Shown here piece by piece: positions 43,939 to 54,170 of a stretch of 64,000 nt of DNA. Source of the stretch: an uncultured Rikenellaceae bacterium (GTDB lineage: Bacteria > Bacteroidota > Bacteroidia > Bacteroidales > VadinHA17). A program made the position numbers and the translations under genes. The stretch spans positions 2,905 through 66,904 of the forward strand of contig CAZMSH010000006.1 in NCBI GenBank assembly GCA_964568875.1. Direction: 5' to 3'. The stretch's first letter is position 1. Every line of letters starts with the position of its first letter. Under the pieces are notes generated by a model. That model was not told the DNA's origin, searched no databases, and saw nothing but the letters and a program-made list of their open reading frames with translations.

Positions 43939-44901
43939 ATGACAAAAGAGATCCCTGCAGAGATGTTGAACACCGATGCGTTCATCGGGGAAAAAGTAAA
44001 TGAGATAAGGCATGCCGTTGGCGACGGCACAGCTATAAACGCCCTTTCGGGAGGCGTTGATTCATCGGTGGTAACACTGCTCGGGCACCGGGCACTTGGC
44101 AATAAGCTAAGGACAGTCTTCATACAGAACGGCCTTATGCGTGAAGAAGAACCCGAGAGGGTCCGGTCTTTTTTCAGGGAACTTGGTGTTGAAGTTGAAA
44201 TAGTGGATGCCGAAGAGGCATTTCTGTCGGCACTCAGCGGAATTACCGATCCGGAAGAGAAGAGAGAAGCCATAACCCAGGCATTCTACAAGGATGTATT
44301 CGGCAGGCTGGTTAGGGAGAGCAATGCCAGGCACCTGCTACAGGGAACTATACTGACCGACATTGACGAAACCGTGGCAGGCATCAAGCGTCAGCACAAT
44401 GTGTTTGAGCAGCTGGGAATCGATCCGCAGCAGGCTTTCGGATACAAGATAATCGAGCCCCTGATTCAGTTGCGAAAAGACGGGGTAAGGAAGGCTGGCA
44501 GGGCACTTGGCCTTACAGAGGAGTTCTATGCCCGTATTCCCTTCCCCGGTCCGGCCCTGGCTGCACGTATAATCGGTGAAGTTACTCGTGAGAAACTTGA
44601 TATCGTCAGGAAGGCAACTGTCATTACCGAAAAATGGCTGCGCGACAGCAAGGCGTTTCAATACCTGGCTATACTGCATGAAGACCGTGTTACCGGTATG
44701 CGTGACGGGAAACGCGATTTTGGCCGGCAGATAGAGGTAAGGTGCTGGGACAGCGTTGATGCCCGCACCGCCACACCAACAAACTTATCGTATGACACCC
44801 TGACGGGACTGGCGAACGAGATACTGGCCAAAGTACCGGGCGTTGTCAGCGTAACATACAACATCGCCAGCAAGCCACCATCGACTATAGAAGCGGTCTG
44901 A
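43939..44901 (+). CDS. Stand-alone GMP synthase-like ATP pyrophosphatase (PP-loop) subunit, no GATase domain
   Basis: PP-loop LSGGVDSSV, DPEEKR, QGTILTD, IKRQHNV, PFPGPALAARI, C-terminal SKPPSTIE. Confidence 0.75.
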   Translation: MTKEIPAEMLNTDAFIGEKVNEIRHAVGDGTAINALSGGVDSSVVTLLGHRALGNKLRTVFIQNGLMREEEPERVRSFFRELGVEVEIVDAEEAFLSALSGITDPEEKREAITQAFYKDVFGRLVRESNARHLLQGTILTDIDETVAGIKRQHNVFEQLGIDPQQAFGYKIIEPLIQLRKDGVRKAGRALGLTEEFYARIPFPGPALAARIIGEVTREKLDIVRKATVITEKWLRDSKAFQYLAILHEDRVTGMRDGKRDFGRQIEVRCWDSVDARTATPTNLSYDTLTGLANEILAKVPGVVSVTYNIASKPPSTIEAV

Positions 44902-45012
44902 GGATTTCTGAAATCAGATATCAGATATCAGATATACGATTTAAGATTGCTCCCGCTGGTCGCGAGCTCGGCCAAGGCCTCGGTTTACGATTTACGATTT
45001 GAGATTTGAGAA
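44902..45012. repeat. Mosaic repeat locus L13
   Basis: CAGATAT x3, M2 at 44948..44985, then TACGATT x2 and TGAGATT x2 heptamers. Confidence 0.85.
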
Positions 45013-45159
45013 TACCTTATTGGTTTTTTCAGGCATTGCCTTCACCAATTTTGAATCGGTGATGGTAAAAGCTGTTGCGGTTACCGCTATTATCGGCGCT
45101 GCCTTCTGGGCGTTCTACATATTAAGAATCAAAAGAGAAGACTGGATATTAATCGAACC

Positions 45160-45780
45160 TCATTTGTAAAGATACAAAGCGGTGTCGGCCAGGAACTCCT
45201 TAAGGGTTATAACCCGGGCATAGCGGCCGGCCATCAGGGTGGTTAGTGTACTGGCATGCACCATCTCAGCCGGTATGTTTATGTCTCCGTACTGCAGGTC
45301 GCGTGAAGCACAGGCATCGGCCACCACAATGCAATCAAAACCAAAGTCGGAGGCGGCCCGCACTGTAGCCTCGACGCACATGTGGGTTTGCATGCCTATT
45401 ATTACCAGCCTGTTCACACCACTGTACCTAAGAAAATCGTAGAGGTCGGTTCCGAGAAAACTGTTAATTGCCTGCTTGGTAATTATCTTTTCGCCTGCAA
45501 CGGGTGTGACGTTATTGTGAATCTCCTCCCCGCGCTGGGCGCTGTGCTTGACATGTACCACCGGAAGCTTAGCTTCGCGGAATGCCATTAATACGTCGCG
45601 GGCAGCCAGACTGGCCTCAACCGCCCCAACCGGACCCGACCCGTCGGCAGGAAAATAAAACTCCTGTATATCTACTATCACGAGGGCGGTTTTTACAGTG
45701 CCTGGCGTCTGAGCGGTAAGGTCCGCCAGATTCGTACCGGCAATTATCAACAACAGAAAAAGGGAGGCTATCGTTTTCAT
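45160..45780 (-). CDS. Isochorismatase-family cysteine hydrolase, secreted
   Basis: ATG at 45780 (MKTIASLF..., signal peptide). ALVIVDIQ. GMQTHMCVEATVR. Confidence 0.8.
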   Translation of the reverse strand: MKTIASLFLLLIIAGTNLADLTAQTPGTVKTALVIVDIQEFYFPADGSGPVGAVEASLAARDVLMAFREAKLPVVHVKHSAQRGEEIHNNVTPVAGEKIITKQAINSFLGTDLYDFLRYSGVNRLVIIGMQTHMCVEATVRAASDFGFDCIVVADACASRDLQYGDINIPAEMVHASTLTTLMAGRYARVITLKEFLADTALYLYK

Positions 45781-45942
45781 CTCTTTCGGTTTATGGTGAT
45801 ACATCAACAAACATACATAATAATTTTACGTAACCGATTGAATGTCTAAACCTATAACCCCAAAAATAATTTCTTCAACAGCAGAAATGAGCTTAGGGTT
45901 ACCATATGAATTTATTACCTTTAGGCAACAATAGCCAAGAAA

Positions 45943-46755
45943 ATGAAAGAATTCAAAGGAAAACAGGTGCTGATAACCGGCGGTGCTTCAGGGATAGGCA
46001 AGCTAATGGGTGAGGCGTTGCTTAAGAAAGGCGCCGAACTCATTATATGGGATATCAGCGAAAGCAACATGGCTACAGCAGTTGCCGAACTTAGACCACT
46101 GGGTAAGGTAACGGGCATGCGCGTTGACGTGTCAGACACTGCAGCCGTACTAAAGGCTGCCGGTGAGGTAAAGGCTTCCGGGGGAACACCAGACCTCATA
46201 ATCAACAATGCCGGCATCGTCGCCGGAAACAGGTACTTCCAGGAGCATTCACATGACGACATCGACCGTACCATGGTCATAAATGCCCTCGCCCCCATGC
46301 ATGTTACCCTTGCGTTCCTGCCTGACATGGTTGCAAGAAATTCAGGTCATATATGTAATATTGCCTCCTCGGCAGGACTGGTTTCCAATCCGAGAATGTC
46401 GGTTTACGTTGCGAGCAAGTGGTCGGCCACAGGCTGGAGTGACAGTCTTCGCCTGGAAATGGAGCAGCAGAAGCTAAACATCAATGTCACCACCGTAACT
46501 CCCTACTTCATAGATACAGGCATGTTTGAAGGAGTAAGGTCTCCGCTGATACCTATACTGAAGCCGGAAAAGGCGGTAAGAAAGATTATCCGCGGCATAG
46601 AGCGAAACAGGTTGTTTGTCAGCATGCCGTGGAGCATGCACTTTGTAAGGCTTTGTCAGGGAGTGCTGCCGATACACCTCTTCGACTGGGTAATGGGCAA
46701 GGTGCTGGGTGTGCATAATTCAATGGATAATTTTACCGGACGTAAAGACCAATAA
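45943..46755 (+). CDS. Short-chain dehydrogenase/reductase (SDR)
   Basis: VLITGGASGIG, NNAGI, YVASK. Confidence 0.85.
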   Translation: MKEFKGKQVLITGGASGIGKLMGEALLKKGAELIIWDISESNMATAVAELRPLGKVTGMRVDVSDTAAVLKAAGEVKASGGTPDLIINNAGIVAGNRYFQEHSHDDIDRTMVINALAPMHVTLAFLPDMVARNSGHICNIASSAGLVSNPRMSVYVASKWSATGWSDSLRLEMEQQKLNINVTTVTPYFIDTGMFEGVRSPLIPILKPEKAVRKIIRGIERNRLFVSMPWSMHFVRLCQGVLPIHLFDWVMGKVLGVHNSMDNFTGRKDQ

Positions 46756-46757
46756 TC

Positions 46758-48134
46758 ATGGAAAAGACAGAAGAAAAGAGAACATTGGAGATAATAGAGG
46801 CGCAGAGGAGCTATTTTGCCACAGGCGAGACCAGAACCGTTGCATTCAGGAAGGAGATGCTGCGGAAGTTTCGTGATGCTATAATAAAGAACGAAAAACG
46901 GATAACCGATGCCGTCTACCACGATCTGCGGAAGTCGTACCAGGAAGCTTACCTGACAGAGATAAGCCTGGTGCTTGCCGAGATAAAATATCACCTTAAG
47001 AAAGTGGGCAGGTGGAGCAGGCCGAAGAGGGTCCCCACACCTGTATATCTGCTTCCCTCTTCAAGCAGGCTGCTGCACGAACCGCTTGGGGTATCGCTGA
47101 TTATAGCACCCTGGAATTACCCCTTCCAGCTTCTGATGAACCCCCTTGTCGGAGCTATATCGGCAGGTTGTACCGCAGTGCTTAAGCCTTCGCCCTACAC
47201 ACCGGCGATAGCGAAGGTGATGGAAGAGATGATTGCAGGAATCTTTCCTCCGGAATATGTTACAACCTTTCAGGGCGGTCGTGATGTGAACGGCTTCCTG
47301 CTCGAACAACGCTGGGATATGATATTCTTTACCGGTAGTCCGGCTCTCGGAAAAATCGTAATGGAAGCAGCCTCGAAGCACCTTACCCCGGTAGTTCTTG
47401 AACTGGGGGGCAAGAGTCCATGCATAGTCGATAAAGGAGCAAATATATGGATTGCAGCAAGGCGGATTGCATGGGGTAAGACAATCAACGCCGGACAGAC
47501 ATGTATTGCACCCGACTACATTCTGGCACACAAATCAGTTAAAGAACAACTGATTGAGGCCATTGGCAATGAGGTCAGGAAAACCTTCGGTGATGATCCC
47601 TCTGCCAGCGAATGGTACCCGCGTATAGTCAACAAACAGGCCTTCGCACGTATTACCGGCTACCTTCAGAATGGTAAAATAAGGTTCGGAGGGCGGTTCA
47701 ACGAGGAAGACCGGTATATAGAACCCACGATTCTTGATGATATAGACCTCTCATCTCCCGTTATGCAGGATGAAATCTTCGGTCCGGTACTTCCGGTGAT
47801 CTCATTTGACAAGATTGATGAGGCGGTTGAATTTGTCAGCAAACGTGAGAAGCCCCTTGCTTTCTATTACTTCGGGAAAAACAGCAGGGCAAAGGAGGTT
47901 CTGTCACGCACCACTTCAGGCGGCGGCTGCATAAACGACACGCTGATGCATATTACAAATCATCATATGCCCTTCGGCGGGGTTGGCAACAGCGGAATGG
48001 GAAGCTATCACGGCAAGGACAGTTTTCTGGCCTTCAGCAATGCAAGGGCAATTGTCAGGACTCCAACATGGATAGACATGCCATTCAAGTATGTGCCATT
48101 CAGGTTTTTCAACATCGTAAAAAAGATAATGTAA
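46758..48134 (+). CDS. Aldehyde dehydrogenase (ALDH3-like)
   Basis: ELGGKSPCIVD and GQTCIAPDY catalytic motifs. Confidence 0.9.
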   Translation: MEKTEEKRTLEIIEAQRSYFATGETRTVAFRKEMLRKFRDAIIKNEKRITDAVYHDLRKSYQEAYLTEISLVLAEIKYHLKKVGRWSRPKRVPTPVYLLPSSSRLLHEPLGVSLIIAPWNYPFQLLMNPLVGAISAGCTAVLKPSPYTPAIAKVMEEMIAGIFPPEYVTTFQGGRDVNGFLLEQRWDMIFFTGSPALGKIVMEAASKHLTPVVLELGGKSPCIVDKGANIWIAARRIAWGKTINAGQTCIAPDYILAHKSVKEQLIEAIGNEVRKTFGDDPSASEWYPRIVNKQAFARITGYLQNGKIRFGGRFNEEDRYIEPTILDDIDLSSPVMQDEIFGPVLPVISFDKIDEAVEFVSKREKPLAFYYFGKNSRAKEVLSRTTSGGGCINDTLMHITNHHMPFGGVGNSGMGSYHGKDSFLAFSNARAIVRTPTWIDMPFKYVPFRFFNIVKKIM

Positions 48135-48161
48135 GTGGCAGGCTGCAGGGGATTGTTCTTG

Positions 48162-48818
48162 TTAGTCTGATTGCGGTGATGAGCCGGCAGACCTTGCAAT
48201 TATCCACCAGATAACCATGCTGATGAAGGCCGCGAAGAAACACCATACTGAGGTGAGATATTCTCGGTAGAAAATACCTGTCACCAGGCATGAGAGAGTG
48301 ACCAGGATGCCGAAAAGATACATTTTTCTCACAGAGGAGAAATAGAGAGGCAAAAGGGTAGCAACAAGGTACAGGATAAAAGCAGGCAATCTGAAAAGAA
48401 CAGGATAGTCGTTTTCGTAGTATATGTGATGTTCCCTTATCATAGGTTCTACCCTGTGCATCAGCAGTCCTGATCCATAGTACAGAGAGGTAACTATTCC
48501 TGCCACAAGAAAGGCTTTTAATGCCTTTCTGCGCCAGCCGGGCTTTTCCATACGAAGCACTGCCAGCGGAATCATTGCAGGCCAGACTACTACTGCTGCC
48601 ACCAGGAAGATATAGGATGAGATTTTAAGCATCAGGTCATTACCCGGGTTCTGAAGAGCTATCCATACAAATCCTTCGCTGATCTGCTGCACCCCGAAGA
48701 CAAGGGGTATAGATGCAAACATTTTCTGCTGAGGTTTTCTGACTTTGGAGAGGGTTGCAATTCCGACAGCAGTGATCACTGCACCGCCTGCAAAACTGGC
48801 TCCGGCTGAAAAACACAT
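48162..48818 (-). CDS. Multi-pass membrane protein (DUF6629-like)
   Basis: MCFSAGASFAGG start. About six hydrophobic segments. Confidence 0.55.
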   Translation of the reverse strand: MCFSAGASFAGGAVITAVGIATLSKVRKPQQKMFASIPLVFGVQQISEGFVWIALQNPGNDLMLKISSYIFLVAAVVVWPAMIPLAVLRMEKPGWRRKALKAFLVAGIVTSLYYGSGLLMHRVEPMIREHHIYYENDYPVLFRLPAFILYLVATLLPLYFSSVRKMYLFGILVTLSCLVTGIFYREYLTSVWCFFAAFISMVIWWIIARSAGSSPQSD

Positions 48819-48939
48819 GACGCGTGGTTTTTAGTTAGAAAAAAGAATATTCAATAGTATGAACTTTTTTGGTGAAAGTCAAGAACAGAATTCTGGCTCA
48901 GCGCGGGGGGCGGCATACAATCGCAACCCAGAGGGGTGC

Positions 48940-49025
48940 AATAATAATGGAACCGAGAGCCCCCCTCAATTGTTGTGCGGGCGGAGCGAAGCGTAGTCCC
49001 GCACCGAAGGTCGGTAGCACGGAGG
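48940..49025. repeat. Mosaic repeat locus L12 (M5 module)
   Basis: GCGAAGCGTAGTCCCGCACCGAAGGTCGGTAG at 48986..49017, 29/32 identical to 32020..32051. Confidence 0.65.
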
Positions 49026-50573
49026 TCAAAGTTCAGGACGGGGTACCGGGGGTGGTTTTCTGTGTTTTGTGGCCTGCTCGTAGGAATAGGTCAGCTTAAT
49101 AAGCGTTGGTTCGTCATACATCCTCCCAAGAAACTGAATGCCTGCCGGCAGGTTTCCCTCTGTAAACCCCATCGGAACCGTAAATGCCGGCTGCCCGGTA
49201 TGCGGGGCTATTACCTGGCTGTTGTCTCCACGGTATTCCTCTTCGTAGTGCTCAATTCTGGCAGGCCGGTTATTCCATGACGGATAGACGATGGCGTCTA
49301 ATTGGAGGCTGTCCATCACACTTTCAATTGCTTCCCGGAAAGCAACTCTCAGTGGGTCAGTATATGCATCAAGACAATTATATTCACCGCCCTCTACTGC
49401 ATTGCTTCGGGCAAACATCTGCAGCCTGTTATTGATATAATCACTGCTTGCTCCTACCCTTATGATATCATCTATGGTCTGCATGGTGTCGCGTCTGACG
49501 TATTCCGCCAGAAATGCCTCCACATCTTCACGGAATACAGCACACCACTGGTTCTGTCTCAGCTTTTTAATGCCGGGTATTTCAACAGGGTCAACCAGCT
49601 CTGCACCAAGTACCTCCATGTCATGCAGCGCCTGCTCAAACAATGCTTTTACCTCAGCATCGGGACTGTTTTCGCTCAATGTCCTCAGTACCCCTATCCG
49701 GGCTCCTTTAAGACCATCGGCCTGCAGGAACTGAGTATAAGAATCAGGTATCTTTCCTTCTGAATATAGGGTAACAGGGTCATCCGCATCATAGCCTGCA
49801 ATTATTTCGAGAGTACGTGTTGCATCTTCTACTGTCCTGCACATCGGTCCGGCTACATCATTTCGCAGATATAAAGGCACTATTGCACTACGGCTGACAA
49901 GTCCGAGTGTAGTGCGGAATCCCACCAGAGAGCAATGCGAAGAGGGTCCCCTGATTGAGTTGCCGGTATCGGTTCCCAGTCCGATTACGCCCAGATTTGC
50001 AGCTATAGAAGCCGCGGTTCCACCACTTGAACCAGCCGGAACATAATCGGTATTGTAAGGGTTACGGGTTATTCCTGCGGTTGAACTTTCGGTATGCATC
50101 GGACTGAATGCCCACTCAGCCATATTCGATTTTGCTATTATTATGGCACCGGCGTCGAGCAGTTTTTTTACAATAAATGCATCTTCATCAGGAATATAGT
50201 CATGCAGTGCGAGTGATCCGGCCGTTGTAGGCATTCCTTTGGTGTTTATATTGTCCTTGACAATAAGAGGGATGCCGTGCAGGGGACGCAGTACGCCTGT
50301 TTTGCGGAATTCCCTGTCTAGTTCTTTTGCACGGCGCCGGGCATCTGAATTGATCACTGTCAGTGCATTGGTTTCAGGGTTATGCTTTTCTATTTCGGCA
50401 AGGTATGCCGTTACCAGGTCATAACTGGTAAAGAGTCCTTTTGAATAGGCGTCATGGATTTCAGCAATTGTAAGCTCCGAAAGAGCTTCATGGTCGGGTT
50501 GCCGGGGTGATTGGCAGCCTGAAGCGGCCAGCAGAATCAACACCGCTGCGATTAGAGGAAAATTTCTGTTCAT
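49026..50573 (-). CDS. Amidase-signature family amidase, lipoprotein
   Basis: Lipobox LAASGC. GGSSGGTAASIAA. Confidence 0.9.
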   Translation of the reverse strand: MNRNFPLIAAVLILLAASGCQSPRQPDHEALSELTIAEIHDAYSKGLFTSYDLVTAYLAEIEKHNPETNALTVINSDARRRAKELDREFRKTGVLRPLHGIPLIVKDNINTKGMPTTAGSLALHDYIPDEDAFIVKKLLDAGAIIIAKSNMAEWAFSPMHTESSTAGITRNPYNTDYVPAGSSGGTAASIAANLGVIGLGTDTGNSIRGPSSHCSLVGFRTTLGLVSRSAIVPLYLRNDVAGPMCRTVEDATRTLEIIAGYDADDPVTLYSEGKIPDSYTQFLQADGLKGARIGVLRTLSENSPDAEVKALFEQALHDMEVLGAELVDPVEIPGIKKLRQNQWCAVFREDVEAFLAEYVRRDTMQTIDDIIRVGASSDYINNRLQMFARSNAVEGGEYNCLDAYTDPLRVAFREAIESVMDSLQLDAIVYPSWNNRPARIEHYEEEYRGDNSQVIAPHTGQPAFTVPMGFTEGNLPAGIQFLGRMYDEPTLIKLTYSYEQATKHRKPPPVPRPEL

Positions 50574-50619
50574 ATTCCTGAATATGATTTATTTACTAAA
50601 GACAAATATATACAAAAAG

Positions 50620-50652
50620 AAAAGAAGGCCGACTTTTCAGGTACGGCCTTCT
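50620..50652 (-). terminator. Rho-independent terminator of the fasciclin gene
   Basis: Minus strand: GAAGGCCG-loop-CGGCCTTC followed by TTTTCTTTTTT. Confidence 0.7.
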
Positions 50653-50691
50653 GGTGAATATAACGGATGCCTGCGGCTTATAGCTGAAGCA

Positions 50692-51699
50692 TTACTTAGA
50701 GAGATCGGGAAGTATAACCCTATCAATGACATGAACAACACCATTGGTTGCCTGAACGTTGAGGAGTCCGGGCACCAGCGAAGCTTCGCGTCCGTTGGCA
50801 TCGGTTATACCAAGAGTCTCAAGAGAGAGCTCAAAAGTTCCGTTAAGAGTTGTTACTGATCCGCTTGAAAGATCACTCGAAAATGCTCTTCCATCAACAA
50901 CATGATAGAGGAGTACCTTGGTGAGCAGATCTACAGGTATGTCATCCAGGCTGGCAAAACCTTGCTCTCCAAGCAGAGCAATGAAAGCTGCATTAGACGG
51001 AGCAAATACTGTGAAGGGACCACCGCTTGCAAGTACATCTGTAAGACCAGCTTTAATGACAGCCTGAACAAGTATTGAAAACTCCGGATCAAGACTTAAA
51101 GCAAGTTCAACCAGGTTGAGCGTGGGAGGAAACAACACCTTGTCGATTACGTGTATGACGCCATTGCGGGCTTTAATGTCAGCAATGAAGATATTGGCAT
51201 CATTGATTGAAGGATTAAGGGCGTTGATCTCTACAAATGAACCACCGGCTGTTTCAAAGAAGCCGTTAGTCAGCTGATTGCTGTAAATCATTCCGTTGAA
51301 TACGTGATACAAAAGTATTTCCTGCAGGTTGGGAACCGAGGCAATATTTTTCGGAGTAAGACCCAGTTGTGCGAAAGCAACATCTGTCGGAGCAAATATT
51401 GTCATCTGATTTCTTGACACTAAACCAGCCAGACCAGCGCGGGCCAGAGCAGAGTTAAGAGTACCGAAAGTTGGATTGGCTTTCGGATCGAACTTTGAAG
51501 GATCTTCCTCAATATTGAAATAATCCGGCTCTCCAAAAGAAGCAAGAACCTGAACAATATCATCAGCTGTTTCCAATTCGGGACCATCAGGACGAATATC
51601 CTCTTTTGAACAAGAAGCAGCAAAAACTGCAAAGGCGGATACCAGGGCAATCTGGAGAATCCGTGTGCGACCAATATTCTTTAATGTTTCTGTTTTCAT
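50692..51699 (-). CDS. Two-domain fasciclin (FAS1) lipoprotein, paralog A
   Basis: The ATG at 51699 (MKTETLKNIGRTRI...) matches the paralog start. Lipobox AASC. Two copies of the TVFAP(T/S)N..F and YHVV motifs. Confidence 0.85.
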   Translation of the reverse strand: MKTETLKNIGRTRILQIALVSAFAVFAASCSKEDIRPDGPELETADDIVQVLASFGEPDYFNIEEDPSKFDPKANPTFGTLNSALARAGLAGLVSRNQMTIFAPTDVAFAQLGLTPKNIASVPNLQEILLYHVFNGMIYSNQLTNGFFETAGGSFVEINALNPSINDANIFIADIKARNGVIHVIDKVLFPPTLNLVELALSLDPEFSILVQAVIKAGLTDVLASGGPFTVFAPSNAAFIALLGEQGFASLDDIPVDLLTKVLLYHVVDGRAFSSDLSSGSVTTLNGTFELSLETLGITDANGREASLVPGLLNVQATNGVVHVIDRVILPDLSK

Positions 51700-51952
51700 G
51701 GTTATCATTTTTTGTTGTTGTTATTAATTCATGTCAAACAATAAACATAAAAGATACCGTTTTTGTTCATATTTATGCTACATTTATTATTCATTTATTT
51801 TTATCTGCCTCTTTTTCTGTTTTTTAGAAACGTGCATAAAATTATCCTTGCCACCTTTATTCTAACTGCTATTTTTTTGCCTTACCAGAACCGGTTATTT
51901 AATTTCAGCATCTTTACGGGCTGCTTACTCTCTTAAAACTACAATAAGCCCT

Positions 51953-52642
51953 TTACTGCAGTCTGAAGGATATTGGTAAGAAGAACCTGACCCTTACCGG
52001 CCTGGCATTATGCCTTCCGGGAGTCCAGGCAGGTGACGAAGAGACAACCCTCAGTGCTTCTTCATCGAGATAGTGGTCCACTCCTTTAATGACCTTGACG
52101 TTTGATACTGATCCATCAGGTTCTATCATGAAACCTATGACAACACGGCCCTGTATTCCGTTCTGTTTTGGTATCTCAGGATACCTGATCCTTTCGTTTA
52201 CCCACTGATTAAACTTATTCAGGTCACCTCCCCTGAATTCAGGCATCTCTTCAACAGATACAAAATGATCAGGTTCCAGGGGTGTTGTGTCGCGCGGAAC
52301 CGGGTTATAGATGAAAATAGAAAGATCAGGAAGATTTCCCGGGTCGCCTGAGAAGAGATCAAAAACATTTGTAGCCAGAGATGAGTCATCAATTATGTTA
52401 ATAAGCTCTGCAAATACCGGCATCTGTATCGGTTCCGGCTCAGGCTCCTTTTCTATTGTCTGCGGAATCTCTTCAACATCAAATGATTCCCATCCAGAAT
52501 TCAGGAAAGGATTATCTTTCAATTCATTTGTTGACCATTCAAATGCTATAAGTACAAAGCTCAGCACTATAGCTGTTCCCAATAGGAAGAAAGTACTCTT
52601 CTGCTTTTCCATATTGGCCTGCGGGGTTTTCTTGATTGTCAT
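51953..52642 (-). CDS. Energy transducer TonB
   Basis: N-terminal TM anchor, Pro/Glu-rich linker, C-terminal GIQGRVVIGFMIEPDGSV...PAWTPG. Confidence 0.85.
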   Translation of the reverse strand: MTIKKTPQANMEKQKSTFFLLGTAIVLSFVLIAFEWSTNELKDNPFLNSGWESFDVEEIPQTIEKEPEPEPIQMPVFAELINIIDDSSLATNVFDLFSGDPGNLPDLSIFIYNPVPRDTTPLEPDHFVSVEEMPEFRGGDLNKFNQWVNERIRYPEIPKQNGIQGRVVIGFMIEPDGSVSNVKVIKGVDHYLDEEALRVVSSSPAWTPGRHNARPVRVRFFLPISFRLQ

Positions 52643-52754
52643 GATTTTCAGGTTTTAGTTAAAAACAAGGTTGTTTTAACTTTTTTTAACAAACATCATA
52701 CCAGTTTAATCCGCACCAGGTCGGAAAAGAAATATTAAGCCTTGTTCCAAAAAG

Positions 52755-52787
52755 AAAGAAGGCCGGACTGATTAAGTCGGCCTTCTT
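52755..52787 (-). terminator. Rho-independent terminator of fasciclin paralog B
   Basis: Minus strand: GAAGGCCGAC-loop-GTCCGGCCTTC followed by TTTCTTTTT. Confidence 0.7.
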
Positions 52788-52824
52788 TGAACATAACAAA
52801 TGCCAGCGGCTTATACCTGAAGCA

Positions 52825-53829
52825 TTATTTTGAGAGATCGGGAAGTATTACCCTGTTGATAACATGTACGACACCGTTTGATGCCTGAACGTTTAGCAGA
52901 CCGGGCAACAATGAAGCCTCACGACCATTGGCGTCTGTTATAGTGAGAGTCTCAAGAGAGAGATCGAATGTACCGTTGAGAGTTTCTACCTGACCGCTTG
53001 AAAGATCACTCGAGAAAGCATAACCTCCTACTACATGGTAGAGAAGCACATTAGTCAGCAAATCTACAGGAATAGCATCCAGGCTCGCGAAGCCTAACTC
53101 ATCCAGGAGAGCAACGAAAGCTTCATTAGTCGGAGCAAACACAGTAAACGGACCTTCATTTGCAAGCACATCGGTCAAACCAGCCTTAATAACAGCCTGC
53201 ACCAGTATTGAGAATTCAGGATCGAAGCTTAAAGCCAGCTGAACCAGGTTCATTGAAGGCGGGAACATTACCTTATCAATTATGTGAATCACACCATTAC
53301 GAGCCTGTATGTCAGTGCTTATAATATCTGATTCATTCACTTTCGGACCATCAGCCAGAGTAATTTCAACATATGATCCGCCAACTGTCGGAAACCATGC
53401 CTCACTTAGCTGATTACTGAAAACCTTACCATTAATAACATGGTAAAGAAGAATCTCCTGAAGGTTGGGAACCGAAGCAATATTTGCGGGACTCAGACCC
53501 AACTCAGCAAAAGCAGCATCTGTCGGTGCAAAAATTGTAAGCTGATTTCTTGCAACAACGCTAGCCAGACCACTACGGCCCAGTGCAGCATTAAGAGTAC
53601 TGAAAGTAGGCTTCAAACCCTTGTTTCCCTTAACCTCTTCACCATCAAAGAAATCAGGTTCTCCATAAGACTCAAGAATGTCAATAATAGTACCTTCATT
53701 CTCTACTACTGAAATATCAGGAGCAATATCATCCTTTGAACAGGATGCCAAAGAAACCACGAGAGCAGATACCAAAGCAATCTGGAAAATTCGTGTTCTG
53801 CCTAGATTTTTAACTATCTCTTTTTTCAT
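52825..53829 (-). CDS. Two-domain fasciclin (FAS1) lipoprotein, paralog B
   Basis: Collinear with 50692..51699, including the identical C-terminus NGVVHVI(D/N)RVILPDLSK. Confidence 0.85.
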   Translation of the reverse strand: MKKEIVKNLGRTRIFQIALVSALVVSLASCSKDDIAPDISVVENEGTIIDILESYGEPDFFDGEEVKGNKGLKPTFSTLNAALGRSGLASVVARNQLTIFAPTDAAFAELGLSPANIASVPNLQEILLYHVINGKVFSNQLSEAWFPTVGGSYVEITLADGPKVNESDIISTDIQARNGVIHIIDKVMFPPSMNLVQLALSFDPEFSILVQAVIKAGLTDVLANEGPFTVFAPTNEAFVALLDELGFASLDAIPVDLLTNVLLYHVVGGYAFSSDLSSGQVETLNGTFDLSLETLTITDANGREASLLPGLLNVQASNGVVHVINRVILPDLSK

Positions 53830-54170
53830 TTTAATGTATTTTTAAGTTAGTATTTTTGTCATGTCATTCAATAAACATAAACGATCCGGTTTTTGTTCAT
53901 ATTTTATCTATTTATTTTATTCATTTATTTGTTATAGTCTCATTATCTGTGTTTTGTAAGAAATATATTTTTTGGATAAAATTTGAATAGTACTATGCAA
54001 CTGGCAGAGATAATACCTGTTTTCTACTCATAAAAGACCCTGTTTACAGCTTAAAGAGCTAAGAAAAGAGTCATAGCAGTATGCGTGAGTGATGAGAAGG
54101 GGTAAAATGGATTAGCCGGCTCCCTGATCGGTTACCGGCTATTCAAAAATCTCTTCGTGGACACTCTTTT

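Noticed and set aside
43731-44273. 180-aa minus-strand ORF overlapping the start of the GuaA-like gene; similar shadows at 17083-17691, 56147-56776, 59214-59942 and 47061-47531.
   Set aside because: Each is antisense to a gene with clear family signatures. No independent support.
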